A DNA stretch of 64,000 nt, taken from positions 1,760,001 to 1,824,000 of the forward strand of contig OZ241981.1 of NCBI GenBank assembly GCA_965204345.1, in the 5' to 3' direction. Position numbers and translations under genes: made by a program. Shown in pieces: positions 22,458 through 32,296 of this stretch (the stretch's first letter is position 1; every line of letters begins with the position of its first letter). Source of the DNA: Nitrosopumilus sp. (GTDB lineage Archaea; Thermoproteota; Nitrososphaeria; Nitrososphaerales; Nitrosopumilaceae). The notes below the pieces were generated by a model. The model had not been told where the DNA came from and did no database searches. It was given only the letters and a program-made list of their open reading frames with translations.

Positions 22458-22805
22458 ATGAGTGATTTTACTCCTACAGTTCCAATCGCACTTCAAATTA
22501 GGAAAATAATTTTTGAAAAATTCAATGACATTGATGCCAAGTTTACAAATGATGAGATCTTTGAAATAATAAAGGCAGGCGGTGATCTTGATTCCTCTTG
22601 GATAATTGATGATACTGAATCCTTTTTTAACGAACTTTGTGATTCGGGTCTTGCCAGAAATATTGCCCAGAACCTTACTACGATGTACCTGAAACTATTT
22701 GATCCTATGGAGAAGCTTCACTGTGATAGCTGCGGGCATGATGTCCATTTGGGGGCATCTGAGGAACGCAAATGTCCGAATCCTTCTTGCAGGTCTTCTA
22801 TTTAG
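22458..22805 (+). CDS. Conserved hypothetical protein with C-terminal Zn ribbon
   Basis: CxxC...CPxxxC. Confidence 0.8.
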   Translation: MSDFTPTVPIALQIRKIIFEKFNDIDAKFTNDEIFEIIKAGGDLDSSWIIDDTESFFNELCDSGLARNIAQNLTTMYLKLFDPMEKLHCDSCGHDVHLGASEERKCPNPSCRSSI

Positions 22806-24006
22806 ATTTGTATTTTATCGCAGCATCTTCTAATGCCTTAATCATTGGCAGTTTTTCCCCGGTGAGATACAGTACCAGTGCCCCGCCTGCGGTACTGATG
22901 TGGTTGATTTTATCTGTTAATCCTTGCTGTTTTAGCGCAGTAGTCAAATGACCTCCACTAACAATTGTAGTTGCCATGGAATTTGCAACTGAGTTTAGCA
23001 GGGCTTTTGTTCCATAGCCAAAGTTTTCTTTTTCAAAAAATCCCGCAGGACCGCTAATGAATACCGTTCCTGCACCTGCAATTAATTTTGAATAGTATTC
23101 TACCGTTTTTGGTCCCAAGTCAAATATCTTGTCCCCTTTGCCCATCTCTCTTACATCCATCTCTACTCTTTCGCCATCCTTGTCAATTGCAATATCTACC
23201 GGGGTTGCAAAGACATCGGGGTATTCTCCTATCAGCGAATGTGCCTTTGCAACGACTTCCTCTTCGCGTTTTATTCCCATCGGGGACTTGATTCTTGCCT
23301 GTGCACGCATAAACACATTGCCAATTAGCCCTGTTAGTAAAACATGATCTGCCCGACCGTTTTGAATTAGCAGCTTTATTGCTTCTAGCCTGTCTGGTAT
23401 TTTAGATCCTCCCAAGACAATAATGTGTGGCGCCTTTGCAACCGTCATAATCTCATCCAAATTCCTCACTTCCCTTTCAACAATCCTTCCTGCACATGCA
23501 GGTATCACTTGTGGAAATCCCACTATTGACGGATGTGACCTATGCGCACTAGGAAATGAATCTAACACACAAATGTCAAATAGCTTGGATAGTCTGGAAA
23601 CCATGATTGTTTTTGCCGCATTTTCTGGGGTAAATTCATAGTTTTCTTCTGCACATAACCTTAGGTTATCCAAAAGCAAAATTTCCCCCGACTTTAAATT
23701 TTTAATCGCGTTTTGTGCAGATTCTCCAATTGTATCCTCTACGTATCTTATTTTTTTGTTCATTAACTTTTCAAGAACTTTTGCATGCCTGTCCATCCCT
23801 GTGTATTCGTTATTTCCAACCCTTCCTTGGTGAGATCCTATGACAACTTTTGATTCTTTTAGCGAGTCAAGTGTCTCAATTGCCTCTTCTATTCTTTTAG
23901 TACCTAGAATCTCCTGTGTCTCTGGATCTATTGGGCAATTCATGTCTACCCGCAAAAAAACTGTCTTATCTCTTAGGTCAAAATCATCTAATGTGAGTAC
24001 TTTCAC
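22798..24006 (-). CDS. pgk: Phosphoglycerate kinase
   Basis: RVDMNCP, SHQGR, AHRSH and STAGGA motifs; GTG start at 24006. Confidence 0.95.
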   Translation of the reverse strand: MKVLTLDDFDLRDKTVFLRVDMNCPIDPETQEILGTKRIEEAIETLDSLKESKVVIGSHQGRVGNNEYTGMDRHAKVLEKLMNKKIRYVEDTIGESAQNAIKNLKSGEILLLDNLRLCAEENYEFTPENAAKTIMVSRLSKLFDICVLDSFPSAHRSHPSIVGFPQVIPACAGRIVEREVRNLDEIMTVAKAPHIIVLGGSKIPDRLEAIKLLIQNGRADHVLLTGLIGNVFMRAQARIKSPMGIKREEEVVAKAHSLIGEYPDVFATPVDIAIDKDGERVEMDVREMGKGDKIFDLGPKTVEYYSKLIAGAGTVFISGPAGFFEKENFGYGTKALLNSVANSMATTIVSGGHLTTALKQQGLTDKINHISTAGGALVLYLTGEKLPMIKALEDAAIKYKSK

Positions 24007-24129
24007 AAGTTGTCTATTGTCCTCTTGGTTAAATTCTTTAAGCCGATCAGTATTGTTTATGATTGTTGGTTTTGAAGACTGTTTGTCTATTGACAAAAAT
24101 TAAAAGATGGGTAATTGAGGTTTCACTAG

Positions 24130-24798
24130 TTGCAAAGTTGGCTTTTTGATATTAGATCTCGCTCTTTTGTACTGCTGACTGTATCCTTTCTAATTCTTAC
24201 TGCTATTGTTTATTCTGGGGTCACTGAAAGCTTTGATCAAAACATAATTTTGTTTTTTTCTGAAATTGTTGGAAATCCTATCATTGATCTGATAATGCAA
24301 TCCATTACTGAAAGCGGCGAGGCATTGTGGATGCTGGGCTTTGCAATTTTGGTATTGCTAATTCCAAAAACCCGCAGGGTTGGTCTGACCTTGATGATAT
24401 TGATTGTGATTTCCACACTGTTTACAGGATATGTCAAATGCGGTGTTGATCGAGACAGGCCTGATTTTGAGTATGATGCTGTCTCTTTTCCTGTACCTGT
24501 TAGTGAGGACACCTTTGCCCTGTTTTGCGAGGGCGGATACGATGCATCCTATCCTTCTGGCCATGCTGCAAGGTCTATGATATTTGCCATTATTTTGGGA
24601 TATGCATTATCTGAACGGTTCCCCCGCGGCGCATATCTTATGTTTCTGTATCCATTTTTAATTTCCCTGAGCAGACTTTACGTGTTGGTGCATTATCCTA
24701 TGGATGTAGTCGGTGGTACCATTGTTGGCGTGATGCTTGCTGGAGTGATGGCCAATAGAACAAAGCTATACAAAATTTTTGATAAATCAAAAACCTAG
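24130..24798 (+). CDS. PAP2-family membrane phosphatase
   Basis: KxxxxRxRP, SYPSGH and SRLYVLVHYP motifs. Confidence 0.92.
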   Translation: MQSWLFDIRSRSFVLLTVSFLILTAIVYSGVTESFDQNIILFFSEIVGNPIIDLIMQSITESGEALWMLGFAILVLLIPKTRRVGLTLMILIVISTLFTGYVKCGVDRDRPDFEYDAVSFPVPVSEDTFALFCEGGYDASYPSGHAARSMIFAIILGYALSERFPRGAYLMFLYPFLISLSRLYVLVHYPMDVVGGTIVGVMLAGVMANRTKLYKIFDKSKT

Positions 24799-25098
24799 AT
24801 CTTCTAGAACACTACGCTGCATCAAAACTATTGCATAATGCTGATCATCGTGGTGATATGTCCAATATTTAATGTCCCTGTCTTCCTTCTTTTGCCTTAG
24901 GCTCGTTGTAATTCCCGTTGTTACCGTATATCCGATTCTCTTTGCAGTCCTAGATTCCTTTGGCATTAGTACTTTGTATCCTGCCTTTTTATTCCTGAAT
25001 CCCAATCTTACCATGTCTTCAACTGCCAAAACTGCCTCTTTCTCGTCTTTGAGATCATATGTTTTTGATATTGGTAAATCTTTTGGATGAAATTCCAT
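24787..25098 (-). CDS. Conserved hypothetical protein
   Basis: 103-aa ORF with core-like codon usage. Confidence 0.75.
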   Translation of the reverse strand: MEFHPKDLPISKTYDLKDEKEAVLAVEDMVRLGFRNKKAGYKVLMPKESRTAKRIGYTVTTGITTSLRQKKEDRDIKYWTYHHDDQHYAIVLMQRSVLEDLGF

Positions 25099-25222
25099 GA
25101 TTGCTGTATTTTTTTCAAATTAATATTTCTTAAAAATTTGACTTTGGCGATCAAACTATGTTAATTTTCTTAACTTGAAAGTCAAATCATGATTATGTTC
25201 ACTACTTAACCGACTCTTTTAC

Positions 25223-26158
25223 TTGGTTTTGTTATTGGCATCATTGGAAAGACTAGTAATACAATTACGAAAAAAGAAACAGGAAGCGACAAATCTACGT
25301 AAAAAAGCTAAAAATAATGTCAAGGAATTTCGTTCTGCTGAAAGACGTTCCTCTTTAGGTTTACAATCCCTTGATAAAAAAATTCAATCCGAACGTGAGG
25401 AATTCTCTGATGTTTCAAAGGTTCTTACTATGAAAAATTCCCAACTTGAGAGTATTGGCCGCCTGATTGCCGTAGCCGAAGATCGGCTTGCTAAGGAAAA
25501 TGAAGTGATCGAGCAAACCAAGCAAGAAATTGAATTTGCTGAGAACCCTGCCGAAAAGCAAAATGCTGAGGCTAGATTACGCTCGTTAAATGATCGTGCA
25601 AATGAGCTAGTTGAAGAAATTAAAAGTCGAAATAAGACTGCCAAAAAGATTACCGGCGATGTTGCTGATTTTTCTGATGCCCAATCAAAAATTACATCAA
25701 AAATACAAAAACAAACCCAGTCAAAGCCTTCCTTGCGTGAAACAAAAGCTGTGAGTCGCAAGTCTGTCCAGAAATTCCTTAAAGAATTAGAAAAAAGAAC
25801 AAAATCTGAGGAAAATGCCCAAAAGGCATTGGATAAGGCACATTTAAAATTAAAAGAATTGTTGGCAAATCGAAGAAAAGCTGCTGCAAAGAAAAAGGCT
25901 GCACCCAAGACCAGACCTGCAAAGAAAAAGGCTGCACCCAAGACCAGACCTGCAAAGAAAAAGGCTGCACCCAAGACCAGACCTGCAAAGAAAAAGGCTG
26001 CACCCAAGACCAGACCTGCAAAGAAAAAGGCTGCACCCAAGACCAGACCTGCAAAGAAAAAGGCTGCACCCAAGACCAGACCTGCAAAGAAAAAGGCTGC
26101 ACCCAAGACCAGACCTGCAAAGAAAAAGGCTGCAGCTAAAAAAAAGTCTAGACGCTAA
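25223..26158 (+). CDS. Coiled-coil protein with histone-H1-like Lys/Ala/Pro tail
   Basis: Charged helical N-terminal region plus (AKKKAAPKTRP)7. Confidence 0.85.
   Translation: MVLLLASLERLVIQLRKKKQEATNLRKKAKNNVKEFRSAERRSSLGLQSLDKKIQSEREEFSDVSKVLTMKNSQLESIGRLIAVAEDRLAKENEVIEQTKQEIEFAENPAEKQNAEARLRSLNDRANELVEEIKSRNKTAKKITGDVADFSDAQSKITSKIQKQTQSKPSLRETKAVSRKSVQKFLKELEKRTKSEENAQKALDKAHLKLKELLANRRKAAAKKKAAPKTRPAKKKAAPKTRPAKKKAAPKTRPAKKKAAPKTRPAKKKAAPKTRPAKKKAAPKTRPAKKKAAPKTRPAKKKAAAKKKSRR
25886..26134 (+). repeat. 33-bp perfect tandem repeat, ~7.5 copies
   Basis: Unit GCAAAGAAAAAGGCTGCACCCAAGACCAGACCT. Confidence 0.95.
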
Positions 26159-26226
26159 CTATCACTAGTTTTTGTAGCGTTGTTTTCAACAACATAAAAG
26201 TGGGGGTTTTATCTTTAAATTTTAAA

Positions 26227-26832
26227 ATGAAAAAACGCGGAATATTCATTACTGCAGTTGGACTGACTTTGATTGGAATATCTCTTATAATTGCAGCATC
26301 TGTAGTTCCTTCTGACATAACCGGCCCTAATGACATTTCCATGTCTGCAATGTTTGAGGGGATGTTTGATGAGATAACTAATGAAATTCAAATCATGCCT
26401 GGCGAATTAGCTTATGTCACTTATGATGTTTTTTCTTATGATATTCCTTTGTTATGGGGAATTCAAATCATTGATTATGATTCTGAGGATTCTCTGTCGA
26501 TTGCAATTTCAAATATCTTTGATGATGATTATGGCAAATACGTAATGTCTGAACCCATTTTGTTTGAGGCATTAGACATTACACAATCCGACTCTTTGAA
26601 TTTTGAAATTGAAAATACCGGCCCCCGAATTGTAACTATTGTCATGATGTTTTCTGAAGATCCTGAAAGTTCTGATGCCCTGTCCAATCCTAATTCCCCC
26701 GTACTGAACCTGGTGATTCCTCTTCTTATCTCTGGATTTTTACTTGTTCTGGGAATAATAATATCTATTATTGGCATAATTCTGATTTTAATAGATATGA
26801 AAAATAATTTAGATAATAAAAGAAATTATTGA
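26227..26832 (+). CDS. Membrane protein with N- and C-terminal TM helices
   Basis: Two hydrophobic segments around an acidic domain. Confidence 0.8.
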   Translation: MKKRGIFITAVGLTLIGISLIIAASVVPSDITGPNDISMSAMFEGMFDEITNEIQIMPGELAYVTYDVFSYDIPLLWGIQIIDYDSEDSLSIAISNIFDDDYGKYVMSEPILFEALDITQSDSLNFEIENTGPRIVTIVMMFSEDPESSDALSNPNSPVLNLVIPLLISGFLLVLGIIISIIGIILILIDMKNNLDNKRNY

Positions 26833-27143
26833 GTAGGATTAATATCCATCTTACCAAATTTGCCTTTGGTTAAGGACACTTCACCCTTGAACTCATTGGT
26901 ATAACCATTTGTAATGACAACGGTATCTCCAACATTTACTTCTTTGATATCGTCTCCCCACAAAGTGAGTTTCATTTGGTCATCCTCAGTTTCACCGTTA
27001 GAAATTACTGCATCGCAGACATCTACTGTACCTCCACTTTTGAGATTTACAGTTCTTGAATCTCCTTTGCTTTTAACTTTGGCTTCAACGTTCACTCCAC
27101 TTCGCATTTTTTTTGCTTCGGAAATTGGTATGAATTCTGACAT
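26826..27143 (-). CDS. Single OB-fold ssDNA-binding protein (SSB/RPA-like)
   Basis: KLTLWGD...GDTVVITNGY...LTKGKFG pattern. Confidence 0.88.
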   Translation of the reverse strand: MSEFIPISEAKKMRSGVNVEAKVKSKGDSRTVNLKSGGTVDVCDAVISNGETEDDQMKLTLWGDDIKEVNVGDTVVITNGYTNEFKGEVSLTKGKFGKMDINPTQ

Positions 27144-27262
27144 GTTTTTCAAACAATCTTGCACGATTATAAGCTTTTTCAAAAAACTAACACCGTGACG
27201 GATCAGGTTTTTAATCTGTCAAAATAGTAATTGAGAAATATCAGACAATACCCAATCTTATT

Positions 27263-27366
27263 GCAGAGGTATCGAAGCCCGGTCAACCGAGAGGGACTCA
27301 AGATCCTCAAAATAGGAAATCCCTTCTCTTAGGAGTTCGTGGGTTCGAATCCCACCCTCTGCACCA
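27263..27366 (+). tRNA. tRNA-Leu(CAA) with ~16-nt canonical intron (27303-27318) and encoded CCA
   Basis: Acceptor stem GCAGAGG/CCTCTGC, anticodon arm AGGGA-CTCAAG|intron|A-TCCCT, long variable arm, T-loop GTTCGAATC. Confidence 0.92.
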
Positions 27367-27407
27367 AATTTTCAGTTAAAAATGATAAAATCAGGTATTT
27401 TTTAAAA

Positions 27408-27530
27408 TTATGCTACAATTGTCTTTACTTTAGTCACTGAATGTGAAGATATCTGCTTGTGCATTTCAGCTAACGCATCGTCCTTGAAAGATAGATTGCA
27501 TCTAAAACATTTCCATATCATCTCAGACAT
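27408..27530 (-). CDS. 40-aa C2H2-type zinc-finger microprotein
   Basis: MSEMIWKCFRCNLSFKDDALAEMHKQISSHSVTKVKTIVA; TATA-like TTTATAAA upstream. Confidence 0.7.
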   Translation of the reverse strand: MSEMIWKCFRCNLSFKDDALAEMHKQISSHSVTKVKTIVA

Positions 27531-27717
27531 GCTTAGTTTGGGCACAAATTGTTTATAAAGATATTGCATCATTGATCCAATTTGTTACAATACATGATCA
27601 TTGTTTTGAGAAAGATGTAATTTTTATAATTTTTTAGACTAAATTAAAATTATTTTACGACTAAACCTAGATCCAAGGGTTTAGAAATAAAAAATCTTAT
27701 ATAATTTTTGAAAGACA

Positions 27718-28335
27718 TTGGATATTTTTGAAATTTTTGGAGAATTTTCATATTTTGGAATTTTTTTTGTGTTAATCGGAATAAATGCCGCTCCCATTCT
27801 TATGCCCCCCAGCTGGATTGTTCTGACCTCGTTTTATCTTCTGGATCCAAGTTTGGATGTGGTGGTTCTTGCTATGGTGGGGGCAACTGGTGCAACTATT
27901 GGCAGGTTTGCTCTCAAAAAAATAAGCGGTCTGTTTAGACGATTTGTAGCAGAAGAACAAAAATCCAATCTTGACACTATCGGAAACTATCTTAATAATA
28001 AAAAATATGGTTACGTAATCGCATCTTTTCTTTTTGGGGCCACTCCCCTTCCAAGCAATGTGCTGTTTATTACATATGGACTGATGCGGGCAAAGAGTCT
28101 TGGCATTTACATTGGATTTTGGTTTGGCAGAACCATTTCCTACATTGTTATGATTCATTTTGGAAATGCCGTCCTGACTCCCTTCTTGGATATCTTTGAG
28201 GACAGGCTTACTGGCATACTGTTAATTGACGGAGTCGGAGTCGGAATCATTGTTCTTTTTGCCTCTATTAACTGGACTGTTTTAATTACCCAAAGGAAAA
28301 TCAAGTTTGTCAAACCAAAAATATGGAGATTCTAA
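27718..28335 (+). CDS. DedA/VTT-family membrane protein
   Basis: GATGATIGR and ATPLPSN motifs; several TM segments. Confidence 0.75.
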   Translation: MDIFEIFGEFSYFGIFFVLIGINAAPILMPPSWIVLTSFYLLDPSLDVVVLAMVGATGATIGRFALKKISGLFRRFVAEEQKSNLDTIGNYLNNKKYGYVIASFLFGATPLPSNVLFITYGLMRAKSLGIYIGFWFGRTISYIVMIHFGNAVLTPFLDIFEDRLTGILLIDGVGVGIIVLFASINWTVLITQRKIKFVKPKIWRF

Positions 28336-28958
28336 TGAAAGTCACCGACTCTATTAAAAATGAAATTCAAGAAATCATGGATAATAATGACTCGGCACAT
28401 GATTTTGAGCATGTAATGAGGGTGTGCAAAAATGCCCAAAAATTATGCAAACAGGAAAAGGCAAATGAGAAGCTGGTTCTTAGTGCCGCATTATTGCACG
28501 ATATTGTCTCTTATCCAAAATCTGACAAGCGCTCAAAACTGTCTTCTATACAAAGTGCTAAAAAATCAAAACAAATTCTAAAAAAATATAATTTCTCTGA
28601 TGATGAAATAGTCATAGTCTCAGATGCAATTCGTGATCACAGTTTCTCTCAAAACGCGGTTCCCAAAACACTTGAAGGGAAGATTCTTCAAGATGCTGAT
28701 AGGTTAGATGCGTTAGGTGCCATAGGGATTGCAAGAGTTTTTGCTACTGCCGGCTCTCTGAAAAGATCTTTTTACAATACCGATGATCCCTTTTGCAAAG
28801 CAAGAAAGCCAGATGACAAAGTATGGACCGTGGATCATTTCTTTCAAAAATTACTCAGATTACAATATTTGATGAATACAAAATCTGCCAAATTAGAGGC
28901 AAAAAAGCGAACCAGAGTGCTCAAAGAGTTTCTAAAACAGCTAAACTGTGAACTTTAG
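28335..28958 (+). CDS. HD-domain phosphohydrolase
   Basis: AHDFEH..RV, LLHD and QDADRLDALGA motifs. Confidence 0.92.
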   Translation: MKVTDSIKNEIQEIMDNNDSAHDFEHVMRVCKNAQKLCKQEKANEKLVLSAALLHDIVSYPKSDKRSKLSSIQSAKKSKQILKKYNFSDDEIVIVSDAIRDHSFSQNAVPKTLEGKILQDADRLDALGAIGIARVFATAGSLKRSFYNTDDPFCKARKPDDKVWTVDHFFQKLLRLQYLMNTKSAKLEAKKRTRVLKEFLKQLNCEL

Positions 28959-29269
28959 CCATAGTCGACGTATCTGTCATAACGTGTTTCAATCTCCCTG
29001 TTTTCCCCTGTCCTTATTTTCTCATATTCCTCGTTTTTTCTAAACTTGATGTATTTGATAATTTCTGCAAATTCTGCCTCCTCTTCTGGATATGATTCAA
29101 AAACGGGCTCTACTAACTGCAGGTATTCGAGTGTTTTTTCTCGAAATTCCTCTCTGGTTGGTTTCTTGATTCCCTTCATTCTGAACCATACTGCCGTCCA
29201 GCTTGCACCTACTACATGTGGTAACAGGTCAAATGCTCTCTGAATCTCAAATCTTTCGTCGTTTCTCAT
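28955..29269 (-). CDS. Conserved hypothetical protein
   Basis: 104-aa ORF overlapping the end of hemB. Confidence 0.75.
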   Translation of the reverse strand: MRNDERFEIQRAFDLLPHVVGASWTAVWFRMKGIKKPTREEFREKTLEYLQLVEPVFESYPEEEAEFAEIIKYIKFRKNEEYEKIRTGENREIETRYDRYVDYG

Positions 29270-30246
29270 GATTCCTGAAGTAATCTTGAAGCTGATTTTG
29301 CAAAATATGTCACTATCATATCTGCCCCTGCCCTTTTAATTGAATAAAGTATTTCTAGCGTTATGTCTTTTTCACTAACATATCCTAATTGGGATGCAGC
29401 CTTTACCAAAGCATATTCTCCTGAAACACTGTATGCCGAAACTGGAACACTGTATTTTTTCCTAGTCTCTGCAATTAAATCCAAGTATGCCAATGCAGGT
29501 TTTATCATTACAATGTCCACCCCTTCCTCAATATCTGCCTGAACTTCCATCATCGCCTCTCTTGGATTTGTGTATGGAACCTGGTATGTTTTTCTGTCTC
29601 CGAACTTTGGGGCGCATTCTGCAGCATTCCTAAATGGAGAGTAAAAATTGGAACTGTGTTTTGCCGAATGCGACATTATTGAAACATCTGCAAATCCTTT
29701 CTCGTCTAGTGCCTTTCTAATTGCTGCAACCTGTCCGTCCATCATGGCCGATGGTGACACTGTATCCACTCCTGCCTCTGCTTGGCTAACTGCAACTTTT
29801 GCAAGCGTCTCCAGGCTTGCATCATTGTCAATTTTATCCCCCCTGATAATTCCGCAATGCCCCGTAGATGTAAACTGACACAGGCATACATCTGCCATTA
29901 TTACTATTCTGTCTCCAAATTTTTCTCTTACCTGCGAGATTGCCTTTTGTACAATCCCATTATCATCAAATGCAGAACTCCCTGCCTCGTCTTTTTGGGC
30001 AGGTATGCCAAAGAGCATGATTGCAGGAATTCCCAGCTCTATGATTTTTTCTACTTCGTCATTTACGTCTTTTAATGGAAGCCTCTCAATCTCAGACATT
30101 GATTCTATTTTGACTCTTTCCTTCAAATCCTCTTGAACAAATACTGGACAAATGAAATCCTTTGGAGAAAGGGTTGTCTGTTGGACTAGTCCTCTCATCT
30201 TATCTGATATGCGCAATCTGCGCAAGCGTCTAGCTGGAAACGACAT
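29266..30246 (-). CDS. hemB: Porphobilinogen synthase
   Basis: DVCLCQFTSTGHCG, SAMMDG, MIKPA and YSVSGEY motifs. Confidence 0.96.
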   Translation of the reverse strand: MSFPARRLRRLRISDKMRGLVQQTTLSPKDFICPVFVQEDLKERVKIESMSEIERLPLKDVNDEVEKIIELGIPAIMLFGIPAQKDEAGSSAFDDNGIVQKAISQVREKFGDRIVIMADVCLCQFTSTGHCGIIRGDKIDNDASLETLAKVAVSQAEAGVDTVSPSAMMDGQVAAIRKALDEKGFADVSIMSHSAKHSSNFYSPFRNAAECAPKFGDRKTYQVPYTNPREAMMEVQADIEEGVDIVMIKPALAYLDLIAETRKKYSVPVSAYSVSGEYALVKAASQLGYVSEKDITLEILYSIKRAGADMIVTYFAKSASRLLQES

Positions 30247-30277
30247 GATCAAAATTCTCTGTATCTAAAATATAATT

Positions 30278-31549
30278 CTAATCTACTTGTTCGTGTTTTT
30301 TGTAGTCAAATAATTTGCTTGCTAATTCCACCACGTCTGGCTTTCCCTGCTCTGATGCCTTTCTAATATTGTTCATAGGCGTTGATACAATGCTTTCAAC
30401 GACTGCCTTTGTCAGTTCCTCAATAATCCTGATCTTCTTTTCGTCTTTTTCATCTAGCATTTGAAGTGCTTTTTGCAGCTCTTTTTCCCTGAGATTCTCT
30501 ATGTTTTTGAACACATCTTTTACAAGCGGTTCTGCATCTAGTCTTTTCATTGAGGCCTCCAATACAGAAACTTCCTCACTAATTATATTTTCAACGGTTT
30601 TTACCTTGTTTAATCGTGCATTCATGTTTTTTTCTACCATTTCAGCAATCTGATCTAAATTCATTAGTTTGACACCGCCAATTGTTGCAACTCTTTCGTC
30701 TACTGTTCTGGGATTTGACAAATCCAAAATCATCATTCCCTTACTCTTACTTTTCATGGCTTTTGTAATTTTCTCATTTGTAACTAGAAAGTATGGCGCA
30801 GTTGTTGCCACAAAAATCACATCATAGTTATCAAATCCCGAAAGCACCGTCTCAAATTTAATTGGATTCCCTCCCATTGTCTCACAAAATGTCTCTGATC
30901 TTCCAATGGTTCTGCTTGTAACATCAAACATGTATCCTCTTCTTTGAAGTGATTTTGCAACCAGTGTTGATACCTCCCCTGTTCCAATAAGCAATACCCT
31001 CTTTGTTTTTAATTCATCAATGTTTTCCTCTGCCACCTTTACTGCCATAGATCCTATTGAAATTCCTCCTGCCCCAATTCCACTTGAGTTTCTAATTCTG
31101 GTTCCGATTCTGATTGCCTTGTCAAACAGCGTGTTTAGATGCTGCCCTGATGCCTTTACCTCTCTTGCAGACGTGATGGAATTTTTTATTTGACCTAAAA
31201 TTTGCTCCTCACCTAGTACCATGGAATCCAATCCCGATGTCAGTTTCAACAAATGATGGAGTGCCTTTTGATTCTCTACGAATTCCATGTTTTCATCAAA
31301 TGCCTCTTCCTCAAGATCTGCAATTGCTGCCCACGTTTTTTTAATTTTTTCTGAATCATATGCCTTGGATTTTCCAAATAGTTCTATTCTGTTACACGTT
31401 TGAATGATTACACATTCGTCTAATCCAGAATTATTTTTGAACTGCTCATATGCGTTTTTCATATCTTTTATTGTAAATTGCTCAAGAATATGTATTGGTG
31501 AATTACGAAAAGTGACACGTGCATTGATGATGTTCTGATTCATTTCCAA
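30278..31549 (-). CDS. hemA: Glutamyl-tRNA reductase
   Basis: TCNRIE and GLDSMVLGEEQILGQ motifs. Confidence 0.96.
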   Translation of the reverse strand: MEMNQNIINARVTFRNSPIHILEQFTIKDMKNAYEQFKNNSGLDECVIIQTCNRIELFGKSKAYDSEKIKKTWAAIADLEEEAFDENMEFVENQKALHHLLKLTSGLDSMVLGEEQILGQIKNSITSAREVKASGQHLNTLFDKAIRIGTRIRNSSGIGAGGISIGSMAVKVAEENIDELKTKRVLLIGTGEVSTLVAKSLQRRGYMFDVTSRTIGRSETFCETMGGNPIKFETVLSGFDNYDVIFVATTAPYFLVTNEKITKAMKSKSKGMMILDLSNPRTVDERVATIGGVKLMNLDQIAEMVEKNMNARLNKVKTVENIISEEVSVLEASMKRLDAEPLVKDVFKNIENLREKELQKALQMLDEKDEKKIRIIEELTKAVVESIVSTPMNNIRKASEQGKPDVVELASKLFDYKKHEQVD

Positions 31550-32193
31550 TTCCTCAATATTGTGATGGCCCGCCTTTGAGCTTTTTTCATCTGACCGTCT
31601 TTTATTAACTGATCAATCTCATTATCATTGATAATGCTGCGAAGACATTGTTTTCTTTGCTCCTGGGTAAATATTGCCTCTTTGGCCATTTTTCGTACTG
31701 TATTTTGAATTTTAATTTGAACAATGTCCTCTTTTGTAACGATCTTTCTGAGTGCCTTTTCTGATCTTTCCTTGATTTTCTTTGACATTGCAGGGCTTTT
31801 TCCTCCTGTAAAAACTGCTATTTTTATCGTATTCTCAAAATCTATTATTGCCGGATTTGAAAAATCACTCTCGTCTGGACTGTCTGAACTATAGACGATG
31901 ATCTTTTTCTTTTTTGCATAATTTATGATTTTTTGATTTATTTTTTGATCATTTGTTGTTGTGATTATGAGGTCCGGTTTTAGCTTTGTAATGAATTGCG
32001 CATTTGTAATTCGCTGTTTTATGAATTTGATTTTCTTACTTTTTACTAATTTATCGATTTGAGTATTTACTGAATCACTAATTACAGTAATGCTGCCCCC
32101 TTGTTTTAGTGTGGAGTTGATTCTCTTTTGTGCCTCATTTCCTCCCCCTATGATGACTATTTTTTTATCTTGAAGATTAAGATCAACTATCAT
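31540..32193 (-). CDS. sirC: Precorrin-2 dehydrogenase/ferrochelatase (SirC/Met8p-like)
   Basis: IIGGGNEA and TGGKSP motifs; lies in the hem operon. Confidence 0.88.
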   Translation of the reverse strand: MIVDLNLQDKKIVIIGGGNEAQKRINSTLKQGGSITVISDSVNTQIDKLVKSKKIKFIKQRITNAQFITKLKPDLIITTTNDQKINQKIINYAKKKKIIVYSSDSPDESDFSNPAIIDFENTIKIAVFTGGKSPAMSKKIKERSEKALRKIVTKEDIVQIKIQNTVRKMAKEAIFTQEQRKQCLRSIINDNEIDQLIKDGQMKKAQRRAITILRNWK

Positions 32194-32296
32194 CGATCAA
32201 AAGGATTTCAGTTTCTATTTATGTATTAAAAACTGCTGCGTAAAATACAAGCTACATTTTTAATTGAATAGCCAGGTTATTGATTTGTTGACTTTT

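Noticed and set aside
25384-26120. Minus-strand repeat ORFs (GAAFFFAGLVL, VQPFSLQVWSW)
   Set aside because: Antisense translations of the 33-bp tandem repeat.
27263-27366. tRNA-Leu as an island integration site
   Set aside because: No duplicated tRNA 3' end or integrase was found, and the flanking genes are core-like.
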